From: a virus
Lineage: Duplodnaviria > Caudoviricetes
Virus record (IMG/VR): IMGVR_UViG_3300037088_000669
Coordinates: 1-28,735 of that record
Direction: 5' to 3' (one strand)
DNA length: 28,735 bases
Shown in pieces: positions 9,319 to 18,940 of this stretch. The notes beneath the pieces are model-generated. The model was not told the DNA's origin, made no database searches, and saw nothing but the letters and a program-made list of their open reading frames with translations. The position numbers and the translations under genes were made by a program. Position 1 is the stretch's first letter. The number at the start of each line of letters is the position of its first letter.

Positions 9319-11334
9319 TTATTCTTCATTTAATTCGATGTTCTCAATGTTTTCAAAATCAATATCTTCTGATTCGTTGACTTTTTGTTGTTCATTAATG
9401 CTTTCAGTATTCTTAAGTAAAATGTTGATTTCATTAATCATGTCTTCAGCGTTTTTATTTAATTTAGTATTGATCATATCATTTTCTTTAATGATCTCTC
9501 TATGTCTGTTTTCCTGTTTCTGTTCTGGCTGTTTAGTTGTACCGAACACTAATTTTTCAAGATGATCATTATATTGCTGTTCAGTCATTCTTGATTCAGC
9601 TAAAGGTGGCATACCGCCACCAGCAGCACCACCAGCAGGAGCACCACCAGCACCAGCAGGTGGCATACCGCCACCAGCACCACCAGCAGGTGGCATTCCA
9701 CCACCGCCAGCAGGAGGCATACCAGCAGGAGCACCACCAGCAGGTGGAGCACCTTCAGTACCACCAGTTGTAGGAGCACCAATTAATGCAGCTTCTGGTT
9801 CACCGAATCTTTTATCTATGTCTGTAAATAAACCTGATTTCTTAATTGTAACAGGAGAATCCATAAGTTCTTGCATAACAACTTTTTCCATTTTTTGTTG
9901 TTTCAAGTCTTCAACAATTTCTCTATCACTCATATTGAATAACATACGTTTTGCACCAGTATGTGACATTGCAGCAATACCAGCTTCAGCACGTGTTAAT
10001 TCAGTATATGTTTGAGCTTTTTCACGTAACAATTCTGACTTAAGCAATTCTTGTTGTGTACTTGGATTGGTAAGTGTCAATGTAAAGTCGCTTAAATCTT
10101 CACCGCTATAACCCAACAGATACAAATGTATCATTGCCATTTTATTGAGTTCTTGAATCATTGCCTGTTGAATACGATTGATCTTTTTAGAGAATCTTAT
10201 ATCATATTGTGCCATGTTTTTACCAGCACCAGCAGCATCTTGAAATGATAAGAATGGTTTTGGTATACCAAGACCAATAAATAAGTTATCACGAAGATAC
10301 TCAATGTCTTGTATTGCGTCTAAGTTCGTTGCTCCGGGGAGTGTATCAATACCTGTTTGTGTATTTGCGTTTCTTACTGGAAGGAAATAATCTTCATCGT
10401 TACCAAGTATATTGAAACGATAATCGATCTGTCCGTCATTCGGAGCTACCTGTGCAGTTTTTTTAAACTTGGTGGCAACCTTGTAGATATATTCTTCAAT
10501 ATCGTCTTCATCTATGTTACCAACGTCAATTTTGAATACTTTCTTTTCACCTGCACGAATAATACGATAAGTTAACATAGCATCTTCAGCCATAACTAAC
10601 TGTCTGAAAACTCTACGTACCTTATTAAGTACTGATGAACCATAAGGAAGATATTTATCATCACCAAGAAGTCTAAAGTGAGCAATTTCAAATACATTGA
10701 ATTCGTCACCTGTCATTCTTTCTTTAAATTTCACACTTGGCTTACCATTCTGGATTCTTTCATATCTTTCAATCTCATAATTAACCAATTGTTTTACGTG
10801 AGTAATACCTTTCTTTCTTTCACCATATAATAATACAAAGTTGTCACCATATTTAACCGTATTTCTTACCCAGAAAGGTAAGTTAACATTCACATTTACA
10901 GTATCATAAAAGAACTCTTCCAAAAGCATTTTAATACGTTCTTTATTGCTATAAACATTAAGCATCTTACCATTCAAACCAATGGTAGTTGCTTCTTCCA
11001 TGAATAAATCCAATGCACTTGAAATGATTGGGTAATACTCCATACCTTCATAGTCAATATATGCTGGAAGTCTGGCTGCTTCATATTGAAGTGCTTTCTG
11101 AAAACCTCTGTCTGTGGTACGGAAGAACTTATTTTGAAGTTCTTGTTTCTGTTGTAACTCTAATCCTTTTCTATGTATTTCTTCGGGTGAAGTACCCTTG
11201 ATAATAATTTTACTTTCTTTAGGTGGAGTGCTTGCAGATACCGTTGGTTGTGCAGTTTGTAAATCCATGCCACCAACATTCAAAAACTGAGTAAGTTGTT
11301 GATATATTGTTCCGCCTTTTTTTTCGTCAGCCAT
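9319..11334 (-). CDS. Portal protein (T4 gp20-like)
   Basis: Motifs ISSALD, YGDNF, AEDAMLTYRIIRAGEKKVFKIDVGN, EDYFLPVR, IDTLPG, DIEYL, DIRFSKKINRIQ are typical of T4 gp20 portals. Confidence 0.95.
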   Translation of the reverse strand: MADEKKGGTIYQQLTQFLNVGGMDLQTAQPTVSASTPPKESKIIIKGTSPEEIHRKGLELQQKQELQNKFFRTTDRGFQKALQYEAARLPAYIDYEGMEYYPIISSALDLFMEEATTIGLNGKMLNVYSNKERIKMLLEEFFYDTVNVNVNLPFWVRNTVKYGDNFVLLYGERKKGITHVKQLVNYEIERYERIQNGKPSVKFKERMTGDEFNVFEIAHFRLLGDDKYLPYGSSVLNKVRRVFRQLVMAEDAMLTYRIIRAGEKKVFKIDVGNIDEDDIEEYIYKVATKFKKTAQVAPNDGQIDYRFNILGNDEDYFLPVRNANTQTGIDTLPGATNLDAIQDIEYLRDNLFIGLGIPKPFLSFQDAAGAGKNMAQYDIRFSKKINRIQQAMIQELNKMAMIHLYLLGYSGEDLSDFTLTLTNPSTQQELLKSELLREKAQTYTELTRAEAGIAAMSHTGAKRMLFNMSDREIVEDLKQQKMEKVVMQELMDSPVTIKKSGLFTDIDKRFGEPEAALIGAPTTGGTEGAPPAGGAPAGMPPAGGGGMPPAGGAGGGMPPAGAGGAPAGGAAGGGMPPLAESRMTEQQYNDHLEKLVFGTTKQPEQKQENRHREIIKENDMINTKLNKNAEDMINEINILLKNTESINEQQKVNESEDIDFENIENIELNEE
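9600..9780 (-). repeat. Low-complexity Gly/Ala/Pro tract (GG..MPPAGG repeats) within the portal C-terminus
   Basis: Imperfect tandem accaccagcag/ggcataccg units encoding GGAPAGMPPAGGGGMPPAGGAGGGMPPAG. Confidence 0.85.
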
Positions 11335-11406
11335 TTTTTATAATTTTTTATACTTTTTTATAAATACTATGATTTCCGTGAAAAGTCATGTGAATATAAA
11401 TACATA

Positions 11407-13527
11407 TTAATTTTTCTTTTTCTCTTTCAAACCATTAAATAACCACGCATTTGCTCCATAGGGATTTAATGGTGATGTGCTATTGGGTGAAATCATTGGC
11501 TTATTCTTAACATTGGTATCCCTAATGGTTTGTGTATTACCAGTTCTACTATTTAATCTCTTTCCAATCTCATTCATTTCATTGACAGTGATAATAGCAT
11601 TAAGCATTTTTTCTGTAATACCTTTACTTTGTTTGTAACGAGCCATATCAAAATTAAGTACATACAAACCAAGAGATAGTCCCATAATTGAATCATCATG
11701 AAATGAACGTTTATGATCTGCAACACGATTACCGGGGACGGTAACAAAAGTTTTTAACTCGTTTAATAATCTAATTGAGTGAATTATAACGTCTTTTAAG
11801 TGAATTGATCTTTGTAATTCAAGAACTACTGAAGCACGGTTAGTGCCGATGAAGAATCCGGGTATCAAGTCTACGTTTATAACTGTTCCATCAGCCATAG
11901 TTTTCTGACCTTTTTTAATATAGCCTTGTAATCTGTCTCTACTTGGTTTATGTGTTACTTCTGCATGATGAACATTTTCATATCCATATTCAAGTAATTT
12001 TTCAACTGTTTGTACACCATAACCACCAGTGATATCAACTACAGCATAAGCATTATTATATGCTTTACCATATTGAAGTGCAATTTCAGCAAGCATTTGT
12101 GGAGTAACTTTACCATAATATTCAGCAACCTGTTCAACCCTGTGTCTTTTTATTTTATACTTTTTGGTTTTACCGTTTTTTGTAATAATTTTTTCTTCTA
12201 TAACTTCCTTTGTTTTAAGCATATTCATAGTAGAATTATCTTCTCCGTGTCCGGGTGAGGCATCCAGTGCCATGATGTAATCTTCACCCACAATTGGGTC
12301 TTCCCAAATCCATACATTTTTATCAGTATATTCCTGACGAATTGGTGGTAACACTTCTTCGTCTTCAATACGTTTCAAATATTCTTCTGCAATGAAGTTG
12401 TCACCAGAACCAAGGAAAGAACATAAAAGTTCCTGTGCAATTTTACGCATATCTCCATTTGAACCATCAATTTGTTCTTGAAACCAAGGAGAACTTGCTT
12501 CCCAGCCATCATCCATCATTTGGATTCTCTTTTTATTGTCCCAACCTTCATCAACTATTTTAATTTCATTTTCTTTGCCTTTATTCTTTAACCACACAAG
12601 ACCTTTATTATATCTTGGGTCGTTATACCACCAAATTTCAACTGCAGTAAAACCATTTTTACCTTTTCCTTCCTCATTTAATTCTCGTGCACCCATAAAA
12701 TGTTTGTAGAATACTGCATCAAGACCTGAAGGAGTTGAAACCATGATTGCACCACCACCAGTACCCAGAGTAGGTCTTGCAGCAGTCCAGAACTTATCAC
12801 CTTTTTCTGTCCATGCAGTTTCATCCCAAAAAATCAATGTTGGTGTCATACCACGAAGACCTTTAGAAGAGAAAGCACCTATTCTTGAATTATTGTCATA
12901 AATTTTATCTTTCTGAGTGTCTTTAAGATTTTTTATACTCTCTCTACCAGTTTTTGGTCTTAACCATTTAGGACAACCTTCTATGAATAAAACAACATCA
13001 CTCATGATTTCATCACGTGCTGTTTCAAGTTTGTCAGCAACAATAGCAACTTGCCTGTTTGAATTGAACATTACATACCATGCAATATAAGCACAAGTGG
13101 TTGTTGAAACACCTGCCTGACGATATTTGTTAGCCACAACAAAACGATTCTCCATATAGGTATGTATCAATTCTTTCTGAAAATCAAACAACTTAAAGGG
13201 CACTATCAAACCAGCAGTACCTTGTGTTAAGTCGAAGACCGTAAGATATGTTTCAATAAAATAAAATGGACTCATACCACAACGAACAACTTCCTCTTCT
13301 TGTTCTACTTTAGTTAATTCAGATGCTTTCTTAACAACGCCAGATTTTGTAACAATAATTGGTTCAGCAGTACCGCCTTTCTTTCTAAGGTCAGCAGCAA
13401 ATTTTCTGATTTCTTCTTTTTGTTTTTCTCGATTTAAGTCAAGAGGGATTAACGGTACGTGTTCGGGAAACAGATCGTCATTATCATTTTGAATAATATT
13501 ATCGGGATTGATATCTTTAACACTCAT
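11407..13527 (-). CDS. Terminase large subunit (T4 gp17-like)
   Basis: Q-motif FDFQKE, Walker A-like KYRQAGVST, Walker B LIFWDE, coupling motif VSTPSG, nuclease ALDASPG...HDDSIM; adjacent to portal. Confidence 0.95.
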   Translation of the reverse strand: MSVKDINPDNIIQNDNDDLFPEHVPLIPLDLNREKQKEEIRKFAADLRKKGGTAEPIIVTKSGVVKKASELTKVEQEEEVVRCGMSPFYFIETYLTVFDLTQGTAGLIVPFKLFDFQKELIHTYMENRFVVANKYRQAGVSTTTCAYIAWYVMFNSNRQVAIVADKLETARDEIMSDVVLFIEGCPKWLRPKTGRESIKNLKDTQKDKIYDNNSRIGAFSSKGLRGMTPTLIFWDETAWTEKGDKFWTAARPTLGTGGGAIMVSTPSGLDAVFYKHFMGARELNEEGKGKNGFTAVEIWWYNDPRYNKGLVWLKNKGKENEIKIVDEGWDNKKRIQMMDDGWEASSPWFQEQIDGSNGDMRKIAQELLCSFLGSGDNFIAEEYLKRIEDEEVLPPIRQEYTDKNVWIWEDPIVGEDYIMALDASPGHGEDNSTMNMLKTKEVIEEKIITKNGKTKKYKIKRHRVEQVAEYYGKVTPQMLAEIALQYGKAYNNAYAVVDITGGYGVQTVEKLLEYGYENVHHAEVTHKPSRDRLQGYIKKGQKTMADGTVINVDLIPGFFIGTNRASVVLELQRSIHLKDVIIHSIRLLNELKTFVTVPGNRVADHKRSFHDDSIMGLSLGLYVLNFDMARYKQSKGITEKMLNAIITVNEMNEIGKRLNSRTGNTQTIRDTNVKNKPMISPNSTSPLNPYGANAWLFNGLKEKKKN

Positions 13528-13560
13528 TATAAATTTTTATAATAAATACTCTCCCAGCAT

Positions 13561-13717
13561 AAAATCGCAAAACCCAATAGCAATCTGGTGCTATCGGGTT
13601 TCGATTTCCTTCTTCCACATGGTAAGATGAACTCTTTTATTTAAAAACCGCAGGGCAAGGCAATAATCTTGTACTGTCGTGCCCCGAAACCCCTTCTTCC
13701 GAATCTGGTAAGATGGG
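13561..13717 (-). ncRNA. Candidate tandem structured ncRNA (two related units) upstream of the terminase
   Basis: GTATTTATA motif at 13722-13730 with no ORF behind it. Two units each begin CATCTTACC-loop-GGAAGAAGG and continue into a long GC-rich hairpin ending in TGCG(G/A)TTTT. Confidence 0.55.
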
Positions 13718-13731
13718 CAATTATAAATACG

Positions 13732-14217
13732 TTAAAACTTTATAGAAGACGTTTCTATAAATTCATTATTTTTTAAAATGATTTTTCTTGAATTAAGTAA
13801 ATCTTTCACTTTAGCTAATGTCATGCCATAATGAAACACCAATAAAGGTACGTCAGCATTTTCTTCAGTGAACATATTGTCGTAATCACTTGAAGGATTA
13901 CCATCAGCGTCTTTCTTTTCAACTTCATACGCAAGCGCATGTATTGTGTGATAACCATGCATGTATGGTCTTGTTGTATCTTCATGCAAACAGAATAAAT
14001 CAAATGATTTAGTCTTTAAATTAAAAACAGCATTTATATAATCTTCTGTTGGTGGCATTGCATTATTACAAGCTGGCTCTAAATCCCAACACCAACTCTC
14101 CATGTCAATGTTTGTTTCATCAATGGAAAATATAAATTCATATAAGCCTTCATCTTTCGAATTGTACCCAATCTTAAGTACATAAATCAACCTCAACTTG
14201 CTATCTTCATATTCCAT
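13732..14217 (-). CDS. Hypothetical protein
   Basis: 161-aa ORF, upstream motif at 14232-14240. Confidence 0.8.
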   Translation of the reverse strand: MEYEDSKLRLIYVLKIGYNSKDEGLYEFIFSIDETNIDMESWCWDLEPACNNAMPPTEDYINAVFNLKTKSFDLFCLHEDTTRPYMHGYHTIHALAYEVEKKDADGNPSSDYDNMFTEENADVPLLVFHYGMTLAKVKDLLNSRKIILKNNEFIETSSIKF

Positions 14218-14271
14218 GATCAGATGTTTTTTATAAATACACCCCTGAAAAAAAAAGCCACTTTATGTAGC

Positions 14272-14694
14272 TTAAAATTTATCGAGATTTAATCCAGTAA
14301 CTTTTTTTATTTCTTCATGTAGTATGGTTATACACATATCGAATTGTCTTAATTTTTTATTTTCTTTATTTTTAATAATTAAATATGCAATTTGAAACAA
14401 AACTCCCAGACCAATTGAAACGTAAACCAAAGTACTGTATTTCATCCAAAGTAATGCCATGAATAACATGATATAACTTTCATAATGAAGAGTTTGTTTC
14501 CAAGAACCCATTACAAGCAACACATCGTCTTTGTACGTTTTTAAAAGTCTTCTGTATTCAATCCAGTCGCAATCAGAATTATCTTCTTTCGTGCCCTGCA
14601 CCTTAAGAAAGATTTCATCTTCTTTTTTCTTTGACCCGCCTATATATGTTCTGCGGTATTTGTTTTCGACTATCTCTACTTCTATATCAAACAT
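14272..14694 (-). CDS. Hypothetical membrane protein (2 TM)
   Basis: Hydrophobic segments YIMLFMALLWM and LVYVSIGLGVLFQIAYLII. Confidence 0.7.
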   Translation of the reverse strand: MFDIEVEIVENKYRRTYIGGSKKKEDEIFLKVQGTKEDNSDCDWIEYRRLLKTYKDDVLLVMGSWKQTLHYESYIMLFMALLWMKYSTLVYVSIGLGVLFQIAYLIIKNKENKKLRQFDMCITILHEEIKKVTGLNLDKF

Positions 14695-14710
14695 AATTAA
14701 TATTTTGTTA

Positions 14711-14741
14711 CTTATACGGAAATTATTTTATAAAGGTTACA
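14711..14741 (-). promoter_or_regulatory. ECF-sigma-like promoter (TGTAAC-N17-CGTA)
   Basis: Minus strand reads TGTAACctttataaaataatttcCGTATAAG just upstream of the 14694 start; matches the AAC/CGT ECF consensus. Confidence 0.45.
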
Positions 14742-14770
14742 AAAAAAACCCGAATTTCTTCGGGTTCTTT
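14741..14770 (-). terminator. Intrinsic terminator (possibly bidirectional)
   Basis: AACCCGAA-tttc-TTCGGGTT hairpin with a T8 tail on the minus strand, after the 905-aa gene. Confidence 0.8.
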
Positions 14771-14795
14771 ATATTAATCTTATTTGTGTCATTTA

Positions 14796-17513
14796 TTAAA
14801 CTCCACCCATTGCTGTGTGTCCCATCGTGCCACCACTTCCAAAACTACTCTTGGTTGCTGCACTCTTAAGTGTTTCTGGTGCAAATAACAATGTTCCATC
14901 AGGATTTGTTCTTAAAGTACCACCATTATTTTCAACATATTGCTTAAGAAGATCATATTTTACATTTATTGGTGCTTTTTGTGCTGCTCTTGCAATTGCT
15001 CCCATTTGTGGGTTAGTTAAAATCAATCTGAACGCTTCATTAAAAAGATCGAAAACTCCTTTTTGATCATTTGGGTCTAATTTAGTGAATTTTTCTTTTA
15101 CACTAAACCCAAATATTTCATTTAGATTTTCCTTTTTTTTTAAAGCAACGGCTTCAAACAATTTAAACTGGTTGTCAATAACTGCGTCAAGTTTTACTAA
15201 TGTAGGAGATTTTTTACCTTCATTCAAACTTGGTTTTCTTATGCCAGCATGTTCTTCAAGACGTGCACGAATATACTTTCTGAGTTTCTGTTCTGATTCA
15301 CTCATTTGTACACTTTCGTTTTCAATACCTTTTTTGAAACGTTTTGCAAGTGCTTTTTTTGCAGGAGTACAACTTGGTTTTGTCATTGGAGTGCAATCAC
15401 CTTTATGTTCAGGATTAACTGCTTTCTGAATCCATTTGTCGTCACCTTCTTTAAGATATGCATTAACGCCTTCAGCTATTTGTTTGATTAATCTTTTTTT
15501 AGCTTCATTCATGTTAAGCGTAACAGTCTTATCTGGTTCAATTTTAATTTCAACGCCAGCACCTTCAGGTTTAACAACGCCACCGCCCAATGTTTGAGCA
15601 TCTGGAGCAAAACTAAAACTTGGTTTTGCTTCTGGTTCTGGAGCTACATTATCAGCACCTACTTCTGGAGTTTCTTCACCAGTTTCAATTGCAGGAGTTT
15701 CTTCACCAGTTTCTGGTGTAGCTACTTCTGTATTATCTGTTTCGGGTTCGTCAGTTTCTGGTTCATCTTCTTCCTTTAATATATTTGGTTGTGCCTGAAC
15801 TTGATCAACTGGCATTGTACCTTCTGATTTAAATTTACTTAAGTCAAGAGCACCCTTAGAACCTCTAAGTTGATTTGACATTATTTGTGCAAGACTTCTT
15901 ACATCAATTGCAGGTTGACCAGCTTTTGCAGCACCAGCATTTGCAGCAGCGATTTGCTTACCTAAGTCAGCAGCCATTGCTTCAAGTTTACCTAATGCAG
16001 CATTTTTACCTTTTATACCTGATCTAACATCCTGTGCCTGACTACCTGCCTGATATGCTTGTTTAGCAGTATCAACAGCATTTCCAACGCCAGTCTTAAC
16101 TGCGTTATAAGCACCACTTGCAGCATTACCAATACCTTGTGCAGCACTCTTAACACCACCAGCAACACCTTTAGCAGCACCAGCAATACCTTTGCCAATT
16201 CCACCAAGAGCAGCTTTACCTAAACCAGCTAAACCACCGCCCCATGATTCTTTAAGCTGAGTCATTGCATCTTCTTCACTTGATTCATTCATTGAATCAA
16301 CCTGTGGTTGCATTTTTTCAGCATAGTCATCACGACCATAATCTGATTTCAATTTATCAAGAACTTCAGGAGCTAATTTTATAATTAAACTAATTGTTTT
16401 TTCGTCACCATCATTCATACCTTCTTCACCTGCACCAACATAACCGTTTACAACATTTGCTTGTTCTTCACTTCCGCATTCCATGAATGCTTCTGGACTT
16501 GAATAACCACGTGATTCAGCATATTTACCAAAACCACCGCATTCTGCGCACTGATCTTCTTCGATTCCAGCTTCTGGTTCTGCTTTTGGCTCACCCTGAT
16601 CTACACTTTGAGCCAAATCTTCAACTTCATCATCACCCACAACTTTAAGAATACCGTCAGCAATTTCTTTTCTGTCTTCGATATCCATATTTTTTAGTTT
16701 AGGTTTGTATGCTGCAATAATTGATTTCAAATTACCTGCAACAATATTATCTTCCATGTCAGTTTTTCTAACTTTTTCACCTAACTTACCGATCAATTTA
16801 TCAACTTCTTCGTCACCAACAGGTACTTCTTCACCAGTTGCATCACCAGCAGGAGCAGCATCATCAGCAGGTGGGAGTTCTTCACTACCAGTTCCGTCAC
16901 CTTCAGGTGCAGGAGTTTCGTCACCAGTAGTAACATCAGTTTCTTCTCCACCAGCAGGAATAGGTTCTGCATTATCTGCAGGAGGTTCACCACCAGCATC
17001 AGCAACAGGTTCTGCAGGAGCGTCCAAAGGAGCACCTGCTGTTTCAGGACTTTCAGGACCTATTTCTGGAGCAGCTTCTGCACTTGTAGCAGCTTCTAAA
17101 TCACCCAATTTGCTTTCCGCATTGTCAATTTCTGCACCAGCTTTGTCTTCATTAAGTCTTTTCTTTTTACTACCGTTTTTGTCTACTTTTGTAAGACCTT
17201 CATTAATAGTACCAAAAATCATATTTCTTTGCTTTTCAGCTTCAGATAATTTAGAATATTGGAATTCTTTAATGTTTGACAAGCCACCAATATATGCAAA
17301 ATCAGCAATGTTAGGGTCTTGTTTAATACCAGCTTTCTTAATATAGTAATTATGATTTTCTTTTACGATGCCATATGCTATACCGTCTGCTGCTCTTTTG
17401 TAGTCTATCAAAGTACCTAAATTACGGGTGTTATCCTTTAAGATTGGTTTATTTACTTCTGCCAATTCTTTTAGTCTTTGGTAAAATGCTTCTTCTGATG
17501 CATGTCTTTTCAT
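14796..17513 (-). CDS. Large acidic, low-complexity head/internal virion protein
   Basis: 905 aa with E/P/A-rich tracts, a G/A-rich helix and many L/I/M-x-E sites (RLNE, MNES, LKES, SLNE); upstream motif at 17558-17566. Confidence 0.8.
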   Translation of the reverse strand: MKRHASEEAFYQRLKELAEVNKPILKDNTRNLGTLIDYKRAADGIAYGIVKENHNYYIKKAGIKQDPNIADFAYIGGLSNIKEFQYSKLSEAEKQRNMIFGTINEGLTKVDKNGSKKKRLNEDKAGAEIDNAESKLGDLEAATSAEAAPEIGPESPETAGAPLDAPAEPVADAGGEPPADNAEPIPAGGEETDVTTGDETPAPEGDGTGSEELPPADDAAPAGDATGEEVPVGDEEVDKLIGKLGEKVRKTDMEDNIVAGNLKSIIAAYKPKLKNMDIEDRKEIADGILKVVGDDEVEDLAQSVDQGEPKAEPEAGIEEDQCAECGGFGKYAESRGYSSPEAFMECGSEEQANVVNGYVGAGEEGMNDGDEKTISLIIKLAPEVLDKLKSDYGRDDYAEKMQPQVDSMNESSEEDAMTQLKESWGGGLAGLGKAALGGIGKGIAGAAKGVAGGVKSAAQGIGNAASGAYNAVKTGVGNAVDTAKQAYQAGSQAQDVRSGIKGKNAALGKLEAMAADLGKQIAAANAGAAKAGQPAIDVRSLAQIMSNQLRGSKGALDLSKFKSEGTMPVDQVQAQPNILKEEDEPETDEPETDNTEVATPETGEETPAIETGEETPEVGADNVAPEPEAKPSFSFAPDAQTLGGGVVKPEGAGVEIKIEPDKTVTLNMNEAKKRLIKQIAEGVNAYLKEGDDKWIQKAVNPEHKGDCTPMTKPSCTPAKKALAKRFKKGIENESVQMSESEQKLRKYIRARLEEHAGIRKPSLNEGKKSPTLVKLDAVIDNQFKLFEAVALKKKENLNEIFGFSVKEKFTKLDPNDQKGVFDLFNEAFRLILTNPQMGAIARAAQKAPINVKYDLLKQYVENNGGTLRTNPDGTLLFAPETLKSAATKSSFGSGGTMGHTAMGGV

Positions 17514-17590
17514 GTGAATATTTTTAAAATGTGTATTATTTAACTTTATATTTTTTTTATAAATACTTTATTATGACCAAAAAAATACTA

Positions 17591-17842
17591 TTAGAGTATT
17601 AATTCGTGCTTTTCGTTGATTATTTTGTTCTTAATTAGCATTTCTATAACTCTGGGAGTTAGTAGGTTTTTTCTACGATAATTCTCAATAATTGATAGAT
17701 TTGCTTTTTCACGGGAAATGTTTTCATTTAAAAACCTCACGTTTTTATGCAAATCTTCCACAATGTCGTAAAAAATCTTTTCGGATTTTTTCATTTCGAC
17801 ATACTCAAGTAACTGCGCTTCTGTTAAAATATATCTGCTCAT
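17591..17842 (-). CDS. Small hypothetical protein
   Basis: 83 aa; overlaps the upstream stop by 4 nt (translational coupling). Confidence 0.75.
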   Translation of the reverse strand: MSRYILTEAQLLEYVEMKKSEKIFYDIVEDLHKNVRFLNENISREKANLSIIENYRRKNLLTPRVIEMLIKNKIINEKHELIL

Positions 17843-18651
17843 GCTAAAAATTCATTTAAACTTAATTCCTTAGTTAAATAGTCGTTTTTAAATTCAACCA
17901 TTTTTTCAAGATAGCCAGTGTTTCTTAATACTTTAAATACAAGATTTTCAGTTGAAAATTCACCACTGCTATCAAGTCCAGATTGTCTGTATTTTTTTAT
18001 TTTGTTTTTTAACTGTTCATGTTTCTTTAAGAAGTCATTCTTATTTTTATTAGTTTCAAGATCATCAATTGCATTCATAATGTCTGCAGATTTCAATTGA
18101 ACATTAGCAGTATCAACGTTTACAATTTTTTTGGTTGGTTTTCTAATCCATTCGTCTTTAACCAACGAATATGTGCCAGATGAATGATGTGGTTCATTTG
18201 CGTCTTGGAAATACGTTTCAATATCATGACCCTTTACCTGTATTGGAAGATGATCTGCCCAAAGCTGTTTCTTCAACTTAAAAAAGTCGCCAACAAATTC
18301 TTTATTTTCAGAAATCTGATTAAAATCCAATATGATATGTACATCCAAATCAGATTCATCATTATAATTATAGTTAGCCATACTGCCTGTCAACATAATG
18401 TCATTGAATTTCAAATTTTCAACATCACTGAACTGAATAAACCTTTTTGCATTCAATAACAATATCTTTCTTACGTCTGGTTTCATTTTTTCTTCAGACT
18501 CCCAAATAAGCGAACTAAGTGTATCATTAAATTTTATTGATGATACATCAACTGTGTCAGGTTCAACAACTTCTTTCAGTACATCTGAAATATTATTTCT
18601 TGACCAATATCTGCTTGACCAAAATCTTGGTTTCTTTTCTTCTTCAAACAT
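17839..18651 (-). CDS. Pol-beta superfamily nucleotidyltransferase
   Basis: LTGSMANYNYNDESDLDVHII (GS...DxD motif) and a downstream acidic residue in HDIETY. Confidence 0.8.
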   Translation of the reverse strand: MFEEEKKPRFWSSRYWSRNNISDVLKEVVEPDTVDVSSIKFNDTLSSLIWESEEKMKPDVRKILLLNAKRFIQFSDVENLKFNDIMLTGSMANYNYNDESDLDVHIILDFNQISENKEFVGDFFKLKKQLWADHLPIQVKGHDIETYFQDANEPHHSSGTYSLVKDEWIRKPTKKIVNVDTANVQLKSADIMNAIDDLETNKNKNDFLKKHEQLKNKIKKYRQSGLDSSGEFSTENLVFKVLRNTGYLEKMVEFKNDYLTKELSLNEFLA

Positions 18652-18652
18652 A

Positions 18653-18940
18653 TTATTCTCTATCTAACATTTCGCTTATTTGCTTAATGGCTTGAGTAAA
18701 CTTCGGTTTTCTTTCTACCATTAATCTATATAATGTGTCAATCACATCATAATCTTGTTCATCAAACAACTGATCAATAACCGCTTTTAGTTTTTCCGCC
18801 TTTATTGCATAATCAGGATTGTTTTCTCCAAACTTATTAATATCATAACCCTTATCAAAGTCTTCTCTTAACTTAAACTTAGGGTCTAACTTTGCAACCA
18901 TTTCAAAGAGTTGTTTTTTTGTATTTTTAGAATTTGCCAT
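18653..18940 (-). CDS. Hypothetical protein with shared N-terminal motif
   Basis: 95 aa; N-terminus KNTKKQLFEMVAKLDPKFKLRE. Confidence 0.75.
   Translation of the reverse strand: MANSKNTKKQLFEMVAKLDPKFKLREDFDKGYDINKFGENNPDYAIKAEKLKAVIDQLFDEQDYDVIDTLYRLMVERKPKFTQAIKQISEMLDRE

Noticed and set aside
11407-13527. Intein/intron in terminase or defective Walker A (GVST instead of GKS/T)
   Set aside because: No intein or homing-endonuclease motifs, the ORF is continuous, and all other ATPase/nuclease motifs are intact; treated as a clade variant.
14815-17346. Overlapping ORFs inside the 905-aa gene, including a 213-aa plus-strand ORF
   Set aside because: Explained by low-complexity codon usage of the main gene; no start context or promoter.
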